Part shown: one piece after another, positions 15,812-25,063 of the stretch
Layout of the letters: every line of letters begins with the position of its first letter
Numbering within the stretch: position 1 is the stretch's first letter
Translations under genes and position numbers: made by a program
DNA from: Dehalococcoidia bacterium
GTDB lineage: Bacteria > Chloroflexota > Dehalococcoidia > UBA6926
Assembly: GCA_965214725.1 (NCBI GenBank)
Contig: OZ243973.1
Coordinates: forward strand, 896,745-960,744
Direction: 5' to 3'
DNA length: 64,000 bases
The notes under the pieces: model-generated
What the model saw: the letters and a program-made list of their open reading frames with translations, nothing else
Told to the model about the DNA's origin: nothing
Database searches by the model: none

Positions 15812-17770
15812 TCAGTCCCCGTGGTGATCGTGGTCGGCATGGAGTGAGTGGTCATGGTGTGGCCTATGCGCTGCATCGTCTGAGTCATCCTCGTGCCAGG
15901 AGCATTCTAGCGCGGCCAGGATGAGGCCGATGTGAGTAAACGCCTGCGGGAAATTGCCGAGGGCGAGGCCGCTGCGCGGGTCAATCATCTCAGCGAACAG
16001 GCCAAGGTGATTCGCGTACGTCAACAGCTCATTGAACATGCGCTGCGCTTCCGCCCGCCGTCCAACGTGATTGAGCACCTGCACAAGCCAAAAACTGCAC
16101 AGCGTGAATGCCCCCTCCGGGCCGAAGACGCCATCATCCGTCTCATCAGTGCGGTAGCGATTCACGAACGGTCCATCACGGAGTTCCATCTCGATTCTCT
16201 CGAGCGTGGAGAGGAACCGGGGGTCATTGAAATCGATGAAGCCCATCAGGGGCAGGAGCAGGAGCCCGGCGTCCATCGCGAGGGAATCATAATGCTGCAC
16301 AAAGGCCTGTTTCTCGTCACTCCAGCCCCGTATGAGCACCTCTTCCTTGATCGCCTCTGCCTCCGCGCGCCACCGGGGGATATCCGGGTCATCCGGCACA
16401 TACATCTCGCCAAGCTTGATTGCCCGATCAAGAGCGACCCAGCACAGGGCGTTGGATGTCACAAATTGGAACGGCCCGCCCCGCACCTCCCAGATACCGC
16501 TGTCAGGGTCGCGCCATTCCTGCGCGGCAAGGTTGGCGAGCGTCTTGACGACGTCCCAATGCCCTGCCGTCACCTCCTCGCCGTGCGTGGCAAGGAGGTG
16601 AGCGCTCGCGAGCAGTTCTCCATACACATCCTGCTGAATCTGGTCATATGCCCCATTGCCGATACGGACCGGGCCTGACGCCTTATAGCCCTCCAGGTGA
16701 GGGAGTTCCTCCTCTGTCGGGTCTGTCTCGCCGTCGATGCGATAGAGGATATGGAGATGCTCATCCTCGCCATGCTCCTCCCATTCGAGACGGTCATCAC
16801 TCAGGCCGCATGCTTGCGCCAACCACTCAAAGAACTCGACGGCCTCCTCGGTATGCCCAAGGTGCATGAGCGCGTCAACCGTGAACGCGGCGTCACGCAG
16901 CCACGTAAAGCGATAGTCCCAGTTGCGGGAGCCTCCAATCCACTCCGGGAGGGAGGTGGTGGGCGCCGCCACAATCGCGCCGGTGGGGACGTACACGAGC
17001 AGGTGCAGGACAAGATATGACCGCACAACGATGTCCCGATACTGCCCGCTGAAATTGACGCTCATCGAGAGATTGCGCCAGTAAGAGTCCGTGAGATCCT
17101 GGAGTTCTTTCGGCATAGATGAGGCGAGGGATGAGGGGATGGCCTCATCATGCCCCTCCAACACATGCCGCACAACAAAGACAAGCTCCTGCCCCTGCGT
17201 CAGAAGGATATCGGCATAGGCGCCATCACCACTCTCATTGATCTCCAGCGGGAACCGATGCTGCGGATCATCGCCATAGTTGCTTTCCAGGATCAACTCA
17301 TAGTCCTCATCCTTGATGACGAGTGTGCCGTTGCGCTCATAGAGCTTTTCCTCAGACCGCGCGTAGTCTGGGCGCGGCTCGTATGCGATGCGCATGGAGA
17401 TGGAGCCGGAGGTGCAGCGCAGGATGCGGATGATGCAGCCGTGCGCGACCCATGAGCGGTCCGGGCGCCTGAAGAAGGGCATAAAGTCCGTCAGCGTGCA
17501 GGCGCCGGTGCGTGTGACGAATCTCGTCTCCAGGACATTGGAGTCTTGCAGGTAGCGCTGCCCGCCCGTATAGACCTCTGAGGGGGTTATGGCGAAACGC
17601 CCACCCTTGCCACCGTCAAGAATGGCGGCGAACACGCTCGGAGAGTCAAAGCGCGGAAACGCGCACCAATCAATAGAGCCATCAATGCCGACGAGCGCCG
17701 CGGAGTGCCGGTCTCCGATCAGCCCATAGTCGCCGATGTTCTTGTAGCCGTTCGTGTTGAGTGTCATCAC
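15812..17770 (-). CDS. glycoside hydrolase family 15 (glucoamylase/trehalase-like)
   Basis: N-terminal 'GDYGLIGDRHSAALVGIDGSIDWCAFPRFDSPSVFAAILD', a catalytic-domain 'NWDYRFTWLRDAAF' and 'LGLFAEMIDP'. 652 aa. Confidence 0.9.
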   Translation of the reverse strand: MMTLNTNGYKNIGDYGLIGDRHSAALVGIDGSIDWCAFPRFDSPSVFAAILDGGKGGRFAITPSEVYTGGQRYLQDSNVLETRFVTRTGACTLTDFMPFFRRPDRSWVAHGCIIRILRCTSGSISMRIAYEPRPDYARSEEKLYERNGTLVIKDEDYELILESNYGDDPQHRFPLEINESGDGAYADILLTQGQELVFVVRHVLEGHDEAIPSSLASSMPKELQDLTDSYWRNLSMSVNFSGQYRDIVVRSYLVLHLLVYVPTGAIVAAPTTSLPEWIGGSRNWDYRFTWLRDAAFTVDALMHLGHTEEAVEFFEWLAQACGLSDDRLEWEEHGEDEHLHILYRIDGETDPTEEELPHLEGYKASGPVRIGNGAYDQIQQDVYGELLASAHLLATHGEEVTAGHWDVVKTLANLAAQEWRDPDSGIWEVRGGPFQFVTSNALCWVALDRAIKLGEMYVPDDPDIPRWRAEAEAIKEEVLIRGWSDEKQAFVQHYDSLAMDAGLLLLPLMGFIDFNDPRFLSTLERIEMELRDGPFVNRYRTDETDDGVFGPEGAFTLCSFWLVQVLNHVGRRAEAQRMFNELLTYANHLGLFAEMIDPRSGLALGNFPQAFTHIGLILAALECSWHEDDSDDAAHRPHHDHSLHADHDHHGD

Positions 17771-17809
17771 ATAGAACTATACGCGGAACATCAGACTGAC
17801 ATATATCGT

Positions 17810-18562
17810 TCAGCGCCGCGCCGCCCCCGTCAGGAGCACGGCTGCGGACGCATCAACCACGAACTGGGCGACGCCGTCCACGGGGCGCACCAACGCGGCG
17901 GGCGGCTGCTGCGCGTCCTCTTGATCCGCGGCGATGACTCGACGCAGCGCATCAGCCTTCTCGCGTCCGGACACGAGAAAGAGCGCCTTTCGCGCAGCGT
18001 TTATCACGGGGAGGGTCAGCGTCACACGATCATGCGGCGGCATTGACGAGACACTTGTCAGGACGCTATGCCGCGTTTCCTGGGTAGCCGGAGCGCCCGG
18101 GAAGAGGGATGCCGTATGTCCGTCCTCTCCGATCCCCAATAGGATAAGGTCAAATCTGGGGATGCCGTCACCGAAATGCTCGACAATCTCACTCTCATAT
18201 GAGGCCGCAGCCGCCTGTGAGCCAAGCTCGCCGCGAATGCGATGCACATGGCTCGGTGGTATCGGGGCTGCGTCGAGCAGGGATGCGGCGGCGAGGGCAT
18301 AGTTGCTCATCGGATCGGTCGGCGGCACTGCGCGCTCATCGCCCCACCACACACTCCACGTGTCCCATGCGATGCGGGAACGAAATGGCTCCGCTGATAG
18401 GGCCTCATAGACACGGCGCGGCGTTGTTCCGCCGGCGAGTGCAATGGTGAATTCGCTGTCCGCCGCCGCCGCTTCTGCGGCGATGATGGCCGCCGCGGCA
18501 GCCCCAAGGGCGTCCGCGTCCGGCAGGACGACTAACTCGATATCAGTCGCCAATTCGTCCAT
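17810..18562 (-). CDS. pgl: 6-phosphogluconolactonase
   Basis: 'FTIALAGGTTPRRVYEAL', 'WWGDERAVPPTDPMSNY' and 'LILLGIGEDGHTASLFPG'. The start was taken at the internal ATG 18562 (MDELATD...), which overlaps the zwf stop by 20 nt. The longer ORF runs to 18646. Confidence 0.85.
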   Translation of the reverse strand: MDELATDIELVVLPDADALGAAAAAIIAAEAAAADSEFTIALAGGTTPRRVYEALSAEPFRSRIAWDTWSVWWGDERAVPPTDPMSNYALAAASLLDAAPIPPSHVHRIRGELGSQAAAASYESEIVEHFGDGIPRFDLILLGIGEDGHTASLFPGAPATQETRHSVLTSVSSMPPHDRVTLTLPVINAARKALFLVSGREKADALRRVIAADQEDAQQPPAALVRPVDGVAQFVVDASAAVLLTGAARR

Positions 18563-20072
18563 GCCGATCACCGACGGGCGACCATGACCGCCCGTCCTGG
18601 GAGAGGAGCGCATCGGCCGTGTCCGGTCCCCATGAGCCGGGCTCATACCATTGGACCGGGTGGGAGATGGAGTCTTCCCAGGCCTCTAGCAGTGGATCAA
18701 CAATCTTCCACGCCTCTTCGATGTGGTCACTCCGGATGAAGAGTGACGCATCGCCGTCAAGCGCGTCACTCAGCAGCCGCTCATAGGCCTCCGGCAAATC
18801 ATCGGTGCCGAACTCCGTCCCGTAATGGAAATCCATATCCACCGGCCGCACCGCCATACCCTGATCGGGCAGTTTAGCGGCGAACCGCAGGTGGACGCCC
18901 TCATCCGGCTGGAGGCGCAGCGTCAGGATATTGGCCAAATCGCCCCACAGTGGATTGGCAGGAAAGATGCGGTGCGGCGGCGCGCGGAACTCGATCGCGA
19001 TCTCAGACGATTTGCGCGCCATCGCCTTGCCGGAGCGCAGATAGAACGGGACGCCCTGCCAACGCCAGTTGTCGAGGTAGAGACGCATGGCGGCATATGT
19101 GGGCGTCGCCGAGTGTGGATCCACGCCGCTCGCAGCGCGATAGCCGATGTACTGCGCGCGGACGGCGTTGCGCGCCGCCTCCGTTGCCGTCCATGGGCGA
19201 ATGGCGCGCAGGGCCTCCACCTTCTTGTTGCGGAGCGAGTCCGCCTCAAGCGTGACCGGCGGCTCCATGGCAACAAGCGCAAGCACCTGCAGGAGATGAT
19301 TCTGGATCATGTCACGCACGACGCCGAATTGATCGTAGTACCCGGCGCGCTCGCCAACATCCACGGATTCAGCCACGGTGATCTGGACGTTATCCACGTA
19401 GTTGCGGTTCCAGATCGGCTCGAAAATCGCATTCGCGAACCGCAGCACCAGCAGGTTCTGCACCGTCTCTTTACCGAGGTAATGATCAATCCTGTAAACC
19501 TGATCCTCACGGAATACACGATGGATAGTCGCGTTCAGCGCATTGGCGCTTGCCAGATCACGCCCGAAGGGTTTTTCAACGACGACGCGCCGCCAACCCG
19601 TCTCGGGTGTTTCCTCCACCAGGCCGCTGGCGTTGAAGCTGGAAACGGCGGCATCAAAGATGGACGGCGTGATGGACAGATAGTAGAGGCGGTTTGGCCG
19701 CTGTGTTCCGTGTTCAATCCCCTCCAGATGCGCGCGCAGCGCGCCAACATCCGTGTCACTGCTGAGGTCGCCGCCGAGGTAGGTCAAACGCGGCACAAAG
19801 GCATCCCACTGCTCGCGGTTGGGAGCAAGCCCGCCAATCTCCTGCATACCGCGCCACATGAACTCTCGAAACTCCTCCGTGGACATTGCGGCGCGCGCAA
19901 AGCCGACAATGGGAACGTTGGGCGCGAGTCTGCCCTTGACCCACAGATGAAAGAGGGCCGGCAGCAGTTTGCGCTGCGCCAAGTCTCCCGTCGCGCCGGC
20001 GATGACGATTGTGGTTGCAGTGTCATCGGTATCGGCGGGATGCTCCGGGGATGCCGGCGGGTACAGCGTCAT
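18543..20072 (-). CDS. zwf: glucose-6-phosphate 1-dehydrogenase
   Basis: 'IAGATGDLAQRKLLPALF' NADP site, the 'RIDHYLGKE' active-site motif, 509 aa. Its start overlaps the gnd stop (TGATG). Confidence 0.95.
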   Translation of the reverse strand: MTLYPPASPEHPADTDDTATTIVIAGATGDLAQRKLLPALFHLWVKGRLAPNVPIVGFARAAMSTEEFREFMWRGMQEIGGLAPNREQWDAFVPRLTYLGGDLSSDTDVGALRAHLEGIEHGTQRPNRLYYLSITPSIFDAAVSSFNASGLVEETPETGWRRVVVEKPFGRDLASANALNATIHRVFREDQVYRIDHYLGKETVQNLLVLRFANAIFEPIWNRNYVDNVQITVAESVDVGERAGYYDQFGVVRDMIQNHLLQVLALVAMEPPVTLEADSLRNKKVEALRAIRPWTATEAARNAVRAQYIGYRAASGVDPHSATPTYAAMRLYLDNWRWQGVPFYLRSGKAMARKSSEIAIEFRAPPHRIFPANPLWGDLANILTLRLQPDEGVHLRFAAKLPDQGMAVRPVDMDFHYGTEFGTDDLPEAYERLLSDALDGDASLFIRSDHIEEAWKIVDPLLEAWEDSISHPVQWYEPGSWGPDTADALLSQDGRSWSPVGDRHGRIGD

Positions 20073-20983
20073 CAGGAATCAGACCTCACGACGGCGTGTC
20101 CGCCAAACTCATTGCGCAGCGCCGCCAACATGCGGTCTGCAAAGGTGTTGCTCATCCGTGAGCGGAAACGGGTGAAGAGCGCGGTTGTGATGACGTGCGC
20201 CGGCACATCAAGATCAATGGCCTCCTGTATCGTCCATCTGCCCTCTCCGGAGTCAGAGACATGACCGATGATCTCATCAAGGCCGGGGTCTTTATCGAGG
20301 GCTGAGACGGCAAGATCAAGGAGCCAGGAGCGCACGACGCTGCCGTGCTGCCAGATGCGGCCGATGTCGTGAAGATCAAGGTTGAATTCCTCTTTGGCTT
20401 TGAGAATCTCAAAGCCCTCCGCGAATGCCTGCATCATGCCGTACTCGATGCCGTTATGGATCATCTTGACGAAGTGGCCGGCGCCGGCAGGGCCCACATG
20501 GCCGTAGCCCTCTGTTTCAGACGGCGCGAGTGACTGAAAGATGGGCTCAAGACGCGCATAGGCGTCCGCGTCCCCGCCCACCATGAGGCTATAGCCCTCC
20601 GTCAGTCCCCAGATGCCGCCGCTTGTCCCACAATCGAGCATGGCAACGCCCCGTTGAGCGGCCGCATCAGCGCGGCGCATCGTCTCGTGGTAGTTGGAGT
20701 TGCCGCCGTCGATAACGGTGTCGCCAGCATCAAGGAGCTGCACGACGTTGTTGATCGTCTGCTCGGTGGGGTCGCCGGACGGCACCATAACCCACACGGC
20801 GCGTGGGGCGGAGAGCTGCGCGACAAGATCATCGAGTGATGCTGCGCCGGCAGCGCCCGCGTCAACGGCGGCGCCGACGGCATCCTGACTGTAATCAAAG
20901 ACGACGACACGATGCCCCTTCTGCAGGAGCCGCCGCGCCATGTTCCCACCCATTCGTCCCAGGCCAATCATTCCGATTTCCAT
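20072..20983 (-). CDS. gnd: 6-phosphogluconate dehydrogenase (decarboxylating), short form
   Basis: 'IGMIGLGRMGGNMARRL' Rossmann motif, 'GGNSNYHETMRR' and 'GAGHFVKMIHNGIEYGMMQAFAEG'. Confidence 0.9.
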   Translation of the reverse strand: MEIGMIGLGRMGGNMARRLLQKGHRVVVFDYSQDAVGAAVDAGAAGAASLDDLVAQLSAPRAVWVMVPSGDPTEQTINNVVQLLDAGDTVIDGGNSNYHETMRRADAAAQRGVAMLDCGTSGGIWGLTEGYSLMVGGDADAYARLEPIFQSLAPSETEGYGHVGPAGAGHFVKMIHNGIEYGMMQAFAEGFEILKAKEEFNLDLHDIGRIWQHGSVVRSWLLDLAVSALDKDPGLDEIIGHVSDSGEGRWTIQEAIDLDVPAHVITTALFTRFRSRMSNTFADRMLAALRNEFGGHAVVRSDS

Positions 20984-21055
20984 TGAAGCCCCCTGACATC
21001 GGCATCGTGTTCTGCCCTTATTCTAGTCCCACTTGGCAGTGTAGCCGTATGCGCA

Positions 21056-21634
21056 ATGAGAATAACCTCATTCGGTACACTGGCTAGTGAAAACGCTGTC
21101 GTGACCGGAAGGAGAGTGATGACCGCTTCACATGAAACGGTGTACTGCCTGCGGCACCGCGATAGGGAAACCGTGCTGAGGTGCGCTCGCTGCGGAGACC
21201 CCATCTGCCCTGAGTGCATGGTGCAGGGCGCGGTGGCCCACCTCTGTCCGTCATGCGTGACGTGGGAGCGGAATCCCGTCGCGCAGGTTGCCGGATCGCG
21301 GCTCGTGTTGGCCATCGGCGCCGGACTGGGGGCAGGCCTCCTGCTCGCCATCGTGATTGGCGTCCTCACGCAGGTCTTTGGCGGTTTCCTGAGCATCATC
21401 ATGTGGGCGGTGGCGGGCTATCTCATTGGGATGGCCGTTCACACCGCCGCCAACCGCAGCCGCGCGCCAACGCTGCGGTATGTTGCGGGCGGCTCCGCCG
21501 CGTTCGCCTGGACAGCCGCGCTGTTCTTTGATCTGCTTGTCACCGGCGGACTGGCGCTCTCCGTGATCTGGATCGTCTTTGCCCTTATTGAGATGGCAAT
21601 CGCCATCACGCTCGCCATCTCGCCATTCCGTTAG
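21056..21634 (+). CDS. membrane protein with N-terminal B-box-like zinc ribbon
   Basis: 'CLRHRDRETVLRCARCGDPICPECMVQGAVAHLCPSC' followed by about 4 hydrophobic spans. Confidence 0.5.
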   Translation: MRITSFGTLASENAVVTGRRVMTASHETVYCLRHRDRETVLRCARCGDPICPECMVQGAVAHLCPSCVTWERNPVAQVAGSRLVLAIGAGLGAGLLLAIVIGVLTQVFGGFLSIIMWAVAGYLIGMAVHTAANRSRAPTLRYVAGGSAAFAWTAALFFDLLVTGGLALSVIWIVFALIEMAIAITLAISPFR

Positions 21635-21659
21635 CCGGGTTTGCGGGGCACTCTATTAT

Positions 21660-21789
21660 GTCATTCTGAGCGCAGCGAAGAATCCCTCGGCGCGCCACAT
21701 GGACAACGTGAATGGCGCAGTCCACTCGCTGTGCCAATTCACTTGCGGGATTCTTCGGCTCCGCGCTAACGCGCTCCGCTCAGAATGAC
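21660..21789. repeat. REP-like family B elements in inverted orientation (GTCATTCTGAGCG...GAAGAATCC) flanking a 59-bp core
   Basis: The left arm (21660..21686) is the short form. The right arm (21746..21789) is the reverse complement of the long form, which carries an internal GCGCGTTAGCGCG palindrome. Related copies are at 43261..43301 and 50520..50545. Confidence 0.7.
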
Positions 21790-21823
21790 ATTCGGGGAGG
21801 TGTGTGCGGGAATAAGGGGCCTC

Positions 21824-23494
21824 TTACCCGTCGGGGCCCGCAGAGTCCTCCTGTTGAGCCTTCCGCTCCTGCTGAGCATCCAGTTCACGGCGGCGGCGGC
21901 GCGAGCCGGACCAGCGGCGGTATAGGAACCCCATCACTAGGACAATCGGCCCCCAGAGCGGCGACAATAGCGCCATCCAGATGAGGCCAACAAGCGCGCT
22001 TTGTGCGATGACACTCAACGCCCGTGTCGCGCTGCGGGCCGTATCGCCAACATCAAGGAAGCCGATAACCCATTCCGGCTGCGGCTGCACGTGAACCCGC
22101 ACGACGGCATCCGATTTCACAGTTGCGCCGAAATCGGTCTCACCTCTGAGCGTTAGACGCGCCTGATACGGGAATGAGCGGGCGATCTCATAGATGTGTG
22201 TGGTCTCCACCATGCTCTGATCATCGGCAATGTCACCGGCTGCTGGGCTGAGGCCGTCACCGAAATCCCATTCATACGTGAGGGTGGAGACATCATCCGG
22301 GCGGGAAAAGACGGCGCTGAGCGCTGCCTCCTCGCCGGCGCTGATCTCGATCTCCTCATCAAGCGAGATGATGACGGTGGGAACGCGATCAATGACAACC
22401 TTGAGTGACGCCTCACCCTCAACGATTCCCGCCTCACCCCGCCCCACGATGGTCAGTGTCACAAAGTACGGAGATTCCTCACCGGACTCGTACCTATGGC
22501 GAACCGTCTCCGTAATGCGTTCCCCATCCGTCTCCGTGGGCGCGGTGCGCACGCGCGGCTCAGAATAGTACCCATCACCAAAGTCCCACCTGTACTCATA
22601 CGACTCGATGCCGTCCTGCTCGTTGAACGTGGCGCGGAACGAGACGGCCTCCCCCTCAACAGCGCGGAGGTCCGGGCCGGGGTCAACGTCCAGCTCGCCA
22701 GGGGCAAGCGTCAACTGCACAGTGATGAGTGACGTCGCGGACGTCTGCTCAAGGTAGCGCTTGCGCCCCTCGAGGACCTCAATCTCCTCGCTGACGCGGG
22801 TGATCTCGCGCTGCACCTCGAGGATATCCTCCAATTCCCCGCCGGTATCCAGCAGGGCGCGCAGCGCGTCAAGAGTCACGTTGAGGTTGTCGCTGCGCGA
22901 CTGCACATCAATGTACTCTTCCGTGACATCCTGGCTCCGTGATGAGAAGGATATGACCTCAAGGCCAAGCGCGGAGATTTCCTGTACGGCATCATCCAGC
23001 TGGGCGCTCGGCACGCGGATGGAGATTGAACCGTGGTAGAGCGTGGGGCGCATCTGGCTGACAACCCATCCGCCTCGACGCACAGCCAACGCGCCCACGG
23101 CCTCCATCCCGTCCGCGATTCCATCAACCTCGATGGACATATCAACGATGCGGACAATGAGGCGGCTCTGCGCCGGGCCGGGCGGCCGCGCATCGGTGAA
23201 ACCGTCATCGGACGCGGACAGGCCGTCGCCGGCGGCAGATTCGGCCTGGTCAGTGGTGGAGATGAGTGGCTCAGACTGCACACCGAAGGGCGGGCTTGCT
23301 GCGGCGTCACTGTCACGACCGAAAGCAGGTTCCGCGGCGTATTCCTCCTCATAGACATCCTCGTCATAGGCATCGTCCATTGTCAGCTCGGTGTCAGCGA
23401 GGTCCTCCTCGCTGGATGCCGCGCTGCAGGCGATGCCAAAGGCCAGAATTGCCCCGAGCGCGGCAAGCAGAACAATGCGCCAAACAGAATGCAT
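21824..23494 (-). CDS. DUF4349-domain lipoprotein with two PKD-like repeats and a C-terminal TM segment
   Basis: Lipobox-type signal 'LAALGAILAFGIACSA' after ATG 23494. DUF4349-like coiled segment 'ISIRVPSAQLDDAV...VTEEYIDVQSRSDNL...LEGRKRYLEQ'. 'YEYRWDFGDG' and 'YEWDFGDG' are PKD signatures. Confidence 0.75.
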   Translation of the reverse strand: MHSVWRIVLLAALGAILAFGIACSAASSEEDLADTELTMDDAYDEDVYEEEYAAEPAFGRDSDAAASPPFGVQSEPLISTTDQAESAAGDGLSASDDGFTDARPPGPAQSRLIVRIVDMSIEVDGIADGMEAVGALAVRRGGWVVSQMRPTLYHGSISIRVPSAQLDDAVQEISALGLEVISFSSRSQDVTEEYIDVQSRSDNLNVTLDALRALLDTGGELEDILEVQREITRVSEEIEVLEGRKRYLEQTSATSLITVQLTLAPGELDVDPGPDLRAVEGEAVSFRATFNEQDGIESYEYRWDFGDGYYSEPRVRTAPTETDGERITETVRHRYESGEESPYFVTLTIVGRGEAGIVEGEASLKVVIDRVPTVIISLDEEIEISAGEEAALSAVFSRPDDVSTLTYEWDFGDGLSPAAGDIADDQSMVETTHIYEIARSFPYQARLTLRGETDFGATVKSDAVVRVHVQPQPEWVIGFLDVGDTARSATRALSVIAQSALVGLIWMALLSPLWGPIVLVMGFLYRRWSGSRRRRRELDAQQERKAQQEDSAGPDG

Positions 23495-23714
23495 CCCTAT
23501 CCCTTTCACTACCGCTGCGGGGGTTGGTGGTGTGCTCCAAGTATAGGTTGGGGGCGCGCAACCCCCAAGTTCACATAGCATCACAAGGGTTTTCGGGATC
23601 TCGGCGGGCAATCATGGGCGGCGGTCACACCGCAGCGCGCATGGCGTCTAAACTTGAGACGGGCGGCCTGACAGCAGGCGCATACAACAGCATGGAGAGC
23701 GGGGGCAGAATCGA

Positions 23715-25046
23715 GTGAGTGTCAGCGTTACGGTCCATGAGGGAGACGGCACGGATGCCGTCCGTATTCTGATTGAGGACGCGCGCGGGACGTTCCTGTT
23801 CGATTGCGGCGCGGGCGGCGAGGACGCAGCGTTGCCGTCGTTGGACGGCGTGCTGATCAGCCACGCCCACCCGCACAGCGCCGGCGGCATACCTCACCTG
23901 CCACCGGACACCCCCATCTATGCGAGCGTGATGACCGCCGCCCTCCTGCTGGCGTCGCAGGAAATCTCGACGCCGCACACGCAGAACGACACAGTCTTCA
24001 CGTACCCGGATGGCCACCCGGGGCCCGGGGAATCTGCGCGCGCCGTCCAGCGCCCGTTCACCTTTCTGTTGACGCAGAATGATTCCGCCGCCTCGCCCGG
24101 TGAGACGGTGACCACATTCCCTGATGTTCTTGCGTGGTGGCGCGGGACTAGGGAGAGGCTGGCGGCGGACCCTATTCATGCCCACCCGCCCGCCATGCTG
24201 CCGCAGTTCGCGGAGAACGCCCTCAACGGCCGCGCGCTGCAGCACTACCCTGTCGATCACTCCATTCTGGGCGCGTCCGCCATCGCGATCGAGACATCGG
24301 ACGGTTGGATCGGCTACACGGGTGATCTACGTTTCCATGGGCAGCAGCCGGGATTGATGGAGGAATTCGTTCAGGGATTCGCAGACCTCCACCTCACTGC
24401 CCTGATCGTTGACGGCGCTCATACAGAGCCCGGAGTCTCGCCGACAACTGAGGCAGATGTGTATGAGGGGCTGCTGGGACTCATCACGGGGCACGATGGC
24501 ATCATCATCGCCGACTTTGACATTCTGGACATGGAGCGGTTTCTGACCTTTCACCACCTCGCTGAAACTCGTAATCGCCTTCTTGTCCTGCAGCTCGCGG
24601 ATGCCCATATGTATGAGGCGATGCGACGGGTGTGGCGGCAGTTTCCGGCGCTGGATGCCATCGATACCATTCGCATCCTGGACTCAGACCAGCCGGCTGA
24701 CTCCGACACCGGGTGGCGGTCACGGGTACGGAGCAGCTTCAGCCCTATCCTTGTCGCGCCCGCTGAACTGAAGGCGAACGAGCAGAAATACATCGTGCGG
24801 CGTTCCCCGCATGACGTGGACAGAGTTGGCGATGACATCATCCCCGCCAATGCGCTGACTCTCCCAGCCGATATCCGCGCCTCTGCGCACGCCTCCTTTG
24901 ATGAGACGATCGAGATGATCCGCCGCATCGCGCCGCGCCACTGCATCCCCGTTCACGGCACGAATCCGCAGGCATTTGCGGATGCCCTTGCCGGGACGCA
25001 GATTGTTGTCCACGCGCAGCGCGGGCAGTCCATCACAGTTTCATAG
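23715..25046 (+). CDS. RNase J-like beta-CASP metallo-beta-lactamase-fold protein with non-canonical metal motif
   Basis: 'LISHAHPHSAGG' replaces the HxHxDH motif. 'YTGDLRFHG', 'LIVDGAHTEPGVSPTTEADV' and the C-terminal 'IPVHGT' follow the RNase J/beta-CASP motif order. GTG start. Confidence 0.65.
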   Translation: MSVSVTVHEGDGTDAVRILIEDARGTFLFDCGAGGEDAALPSLDGVLISHAHPHSAGGIPHLPPDTPIYASVMTAALLLASQEISTPHTQNDTVFTYPDGHPGPGESARAVQRPFTFLLTQNDSAASPGETVTTFPDVLAWWRGTRERLAADPIHAHPPAMLPQFAENALNGRALQHYPVDHSILGASAIAIETSDGWIGYTGDLRFHGQQPGLMEEFVQGFADLHLTALIVDGAHTEPGVSPTTEADVYEGLLGLITGHDGIIIADFDILDMERFLTFHHLAETRNRLLVLQLADAHMYEAMRRVWRQFPALDAIDTIRILDSDQPADSDTGWRSRVRSSFSPILVAPAELKANEQKYIVRRSPHDVDRVGDDIIPANALTLPADIRASAHASFDETIEMIRRIAPRHCIPVHGTNPQAFADALAGTQIVVHAQRGQSITVS

Positions 25047-25063
25047 GCCGGCAGGATAGACAT

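Noticed and set aside
18825-20264. 479-aa ORF on the plus strand
   Set aside because: It lies entirely antisense to zwf and gnd, which carry unmistakable motifs. It is Arg/Ala/Gly-rich low-complexity sequence typical of shadow ORFs in high-GC DNA.
23625-24260. 211-aa minus-strand ORF opposite the MBL gene
   Set aside because: It is antisense to an ORF with an ordered beta-CASP motif series, is Arg-rich, and has no motifs.
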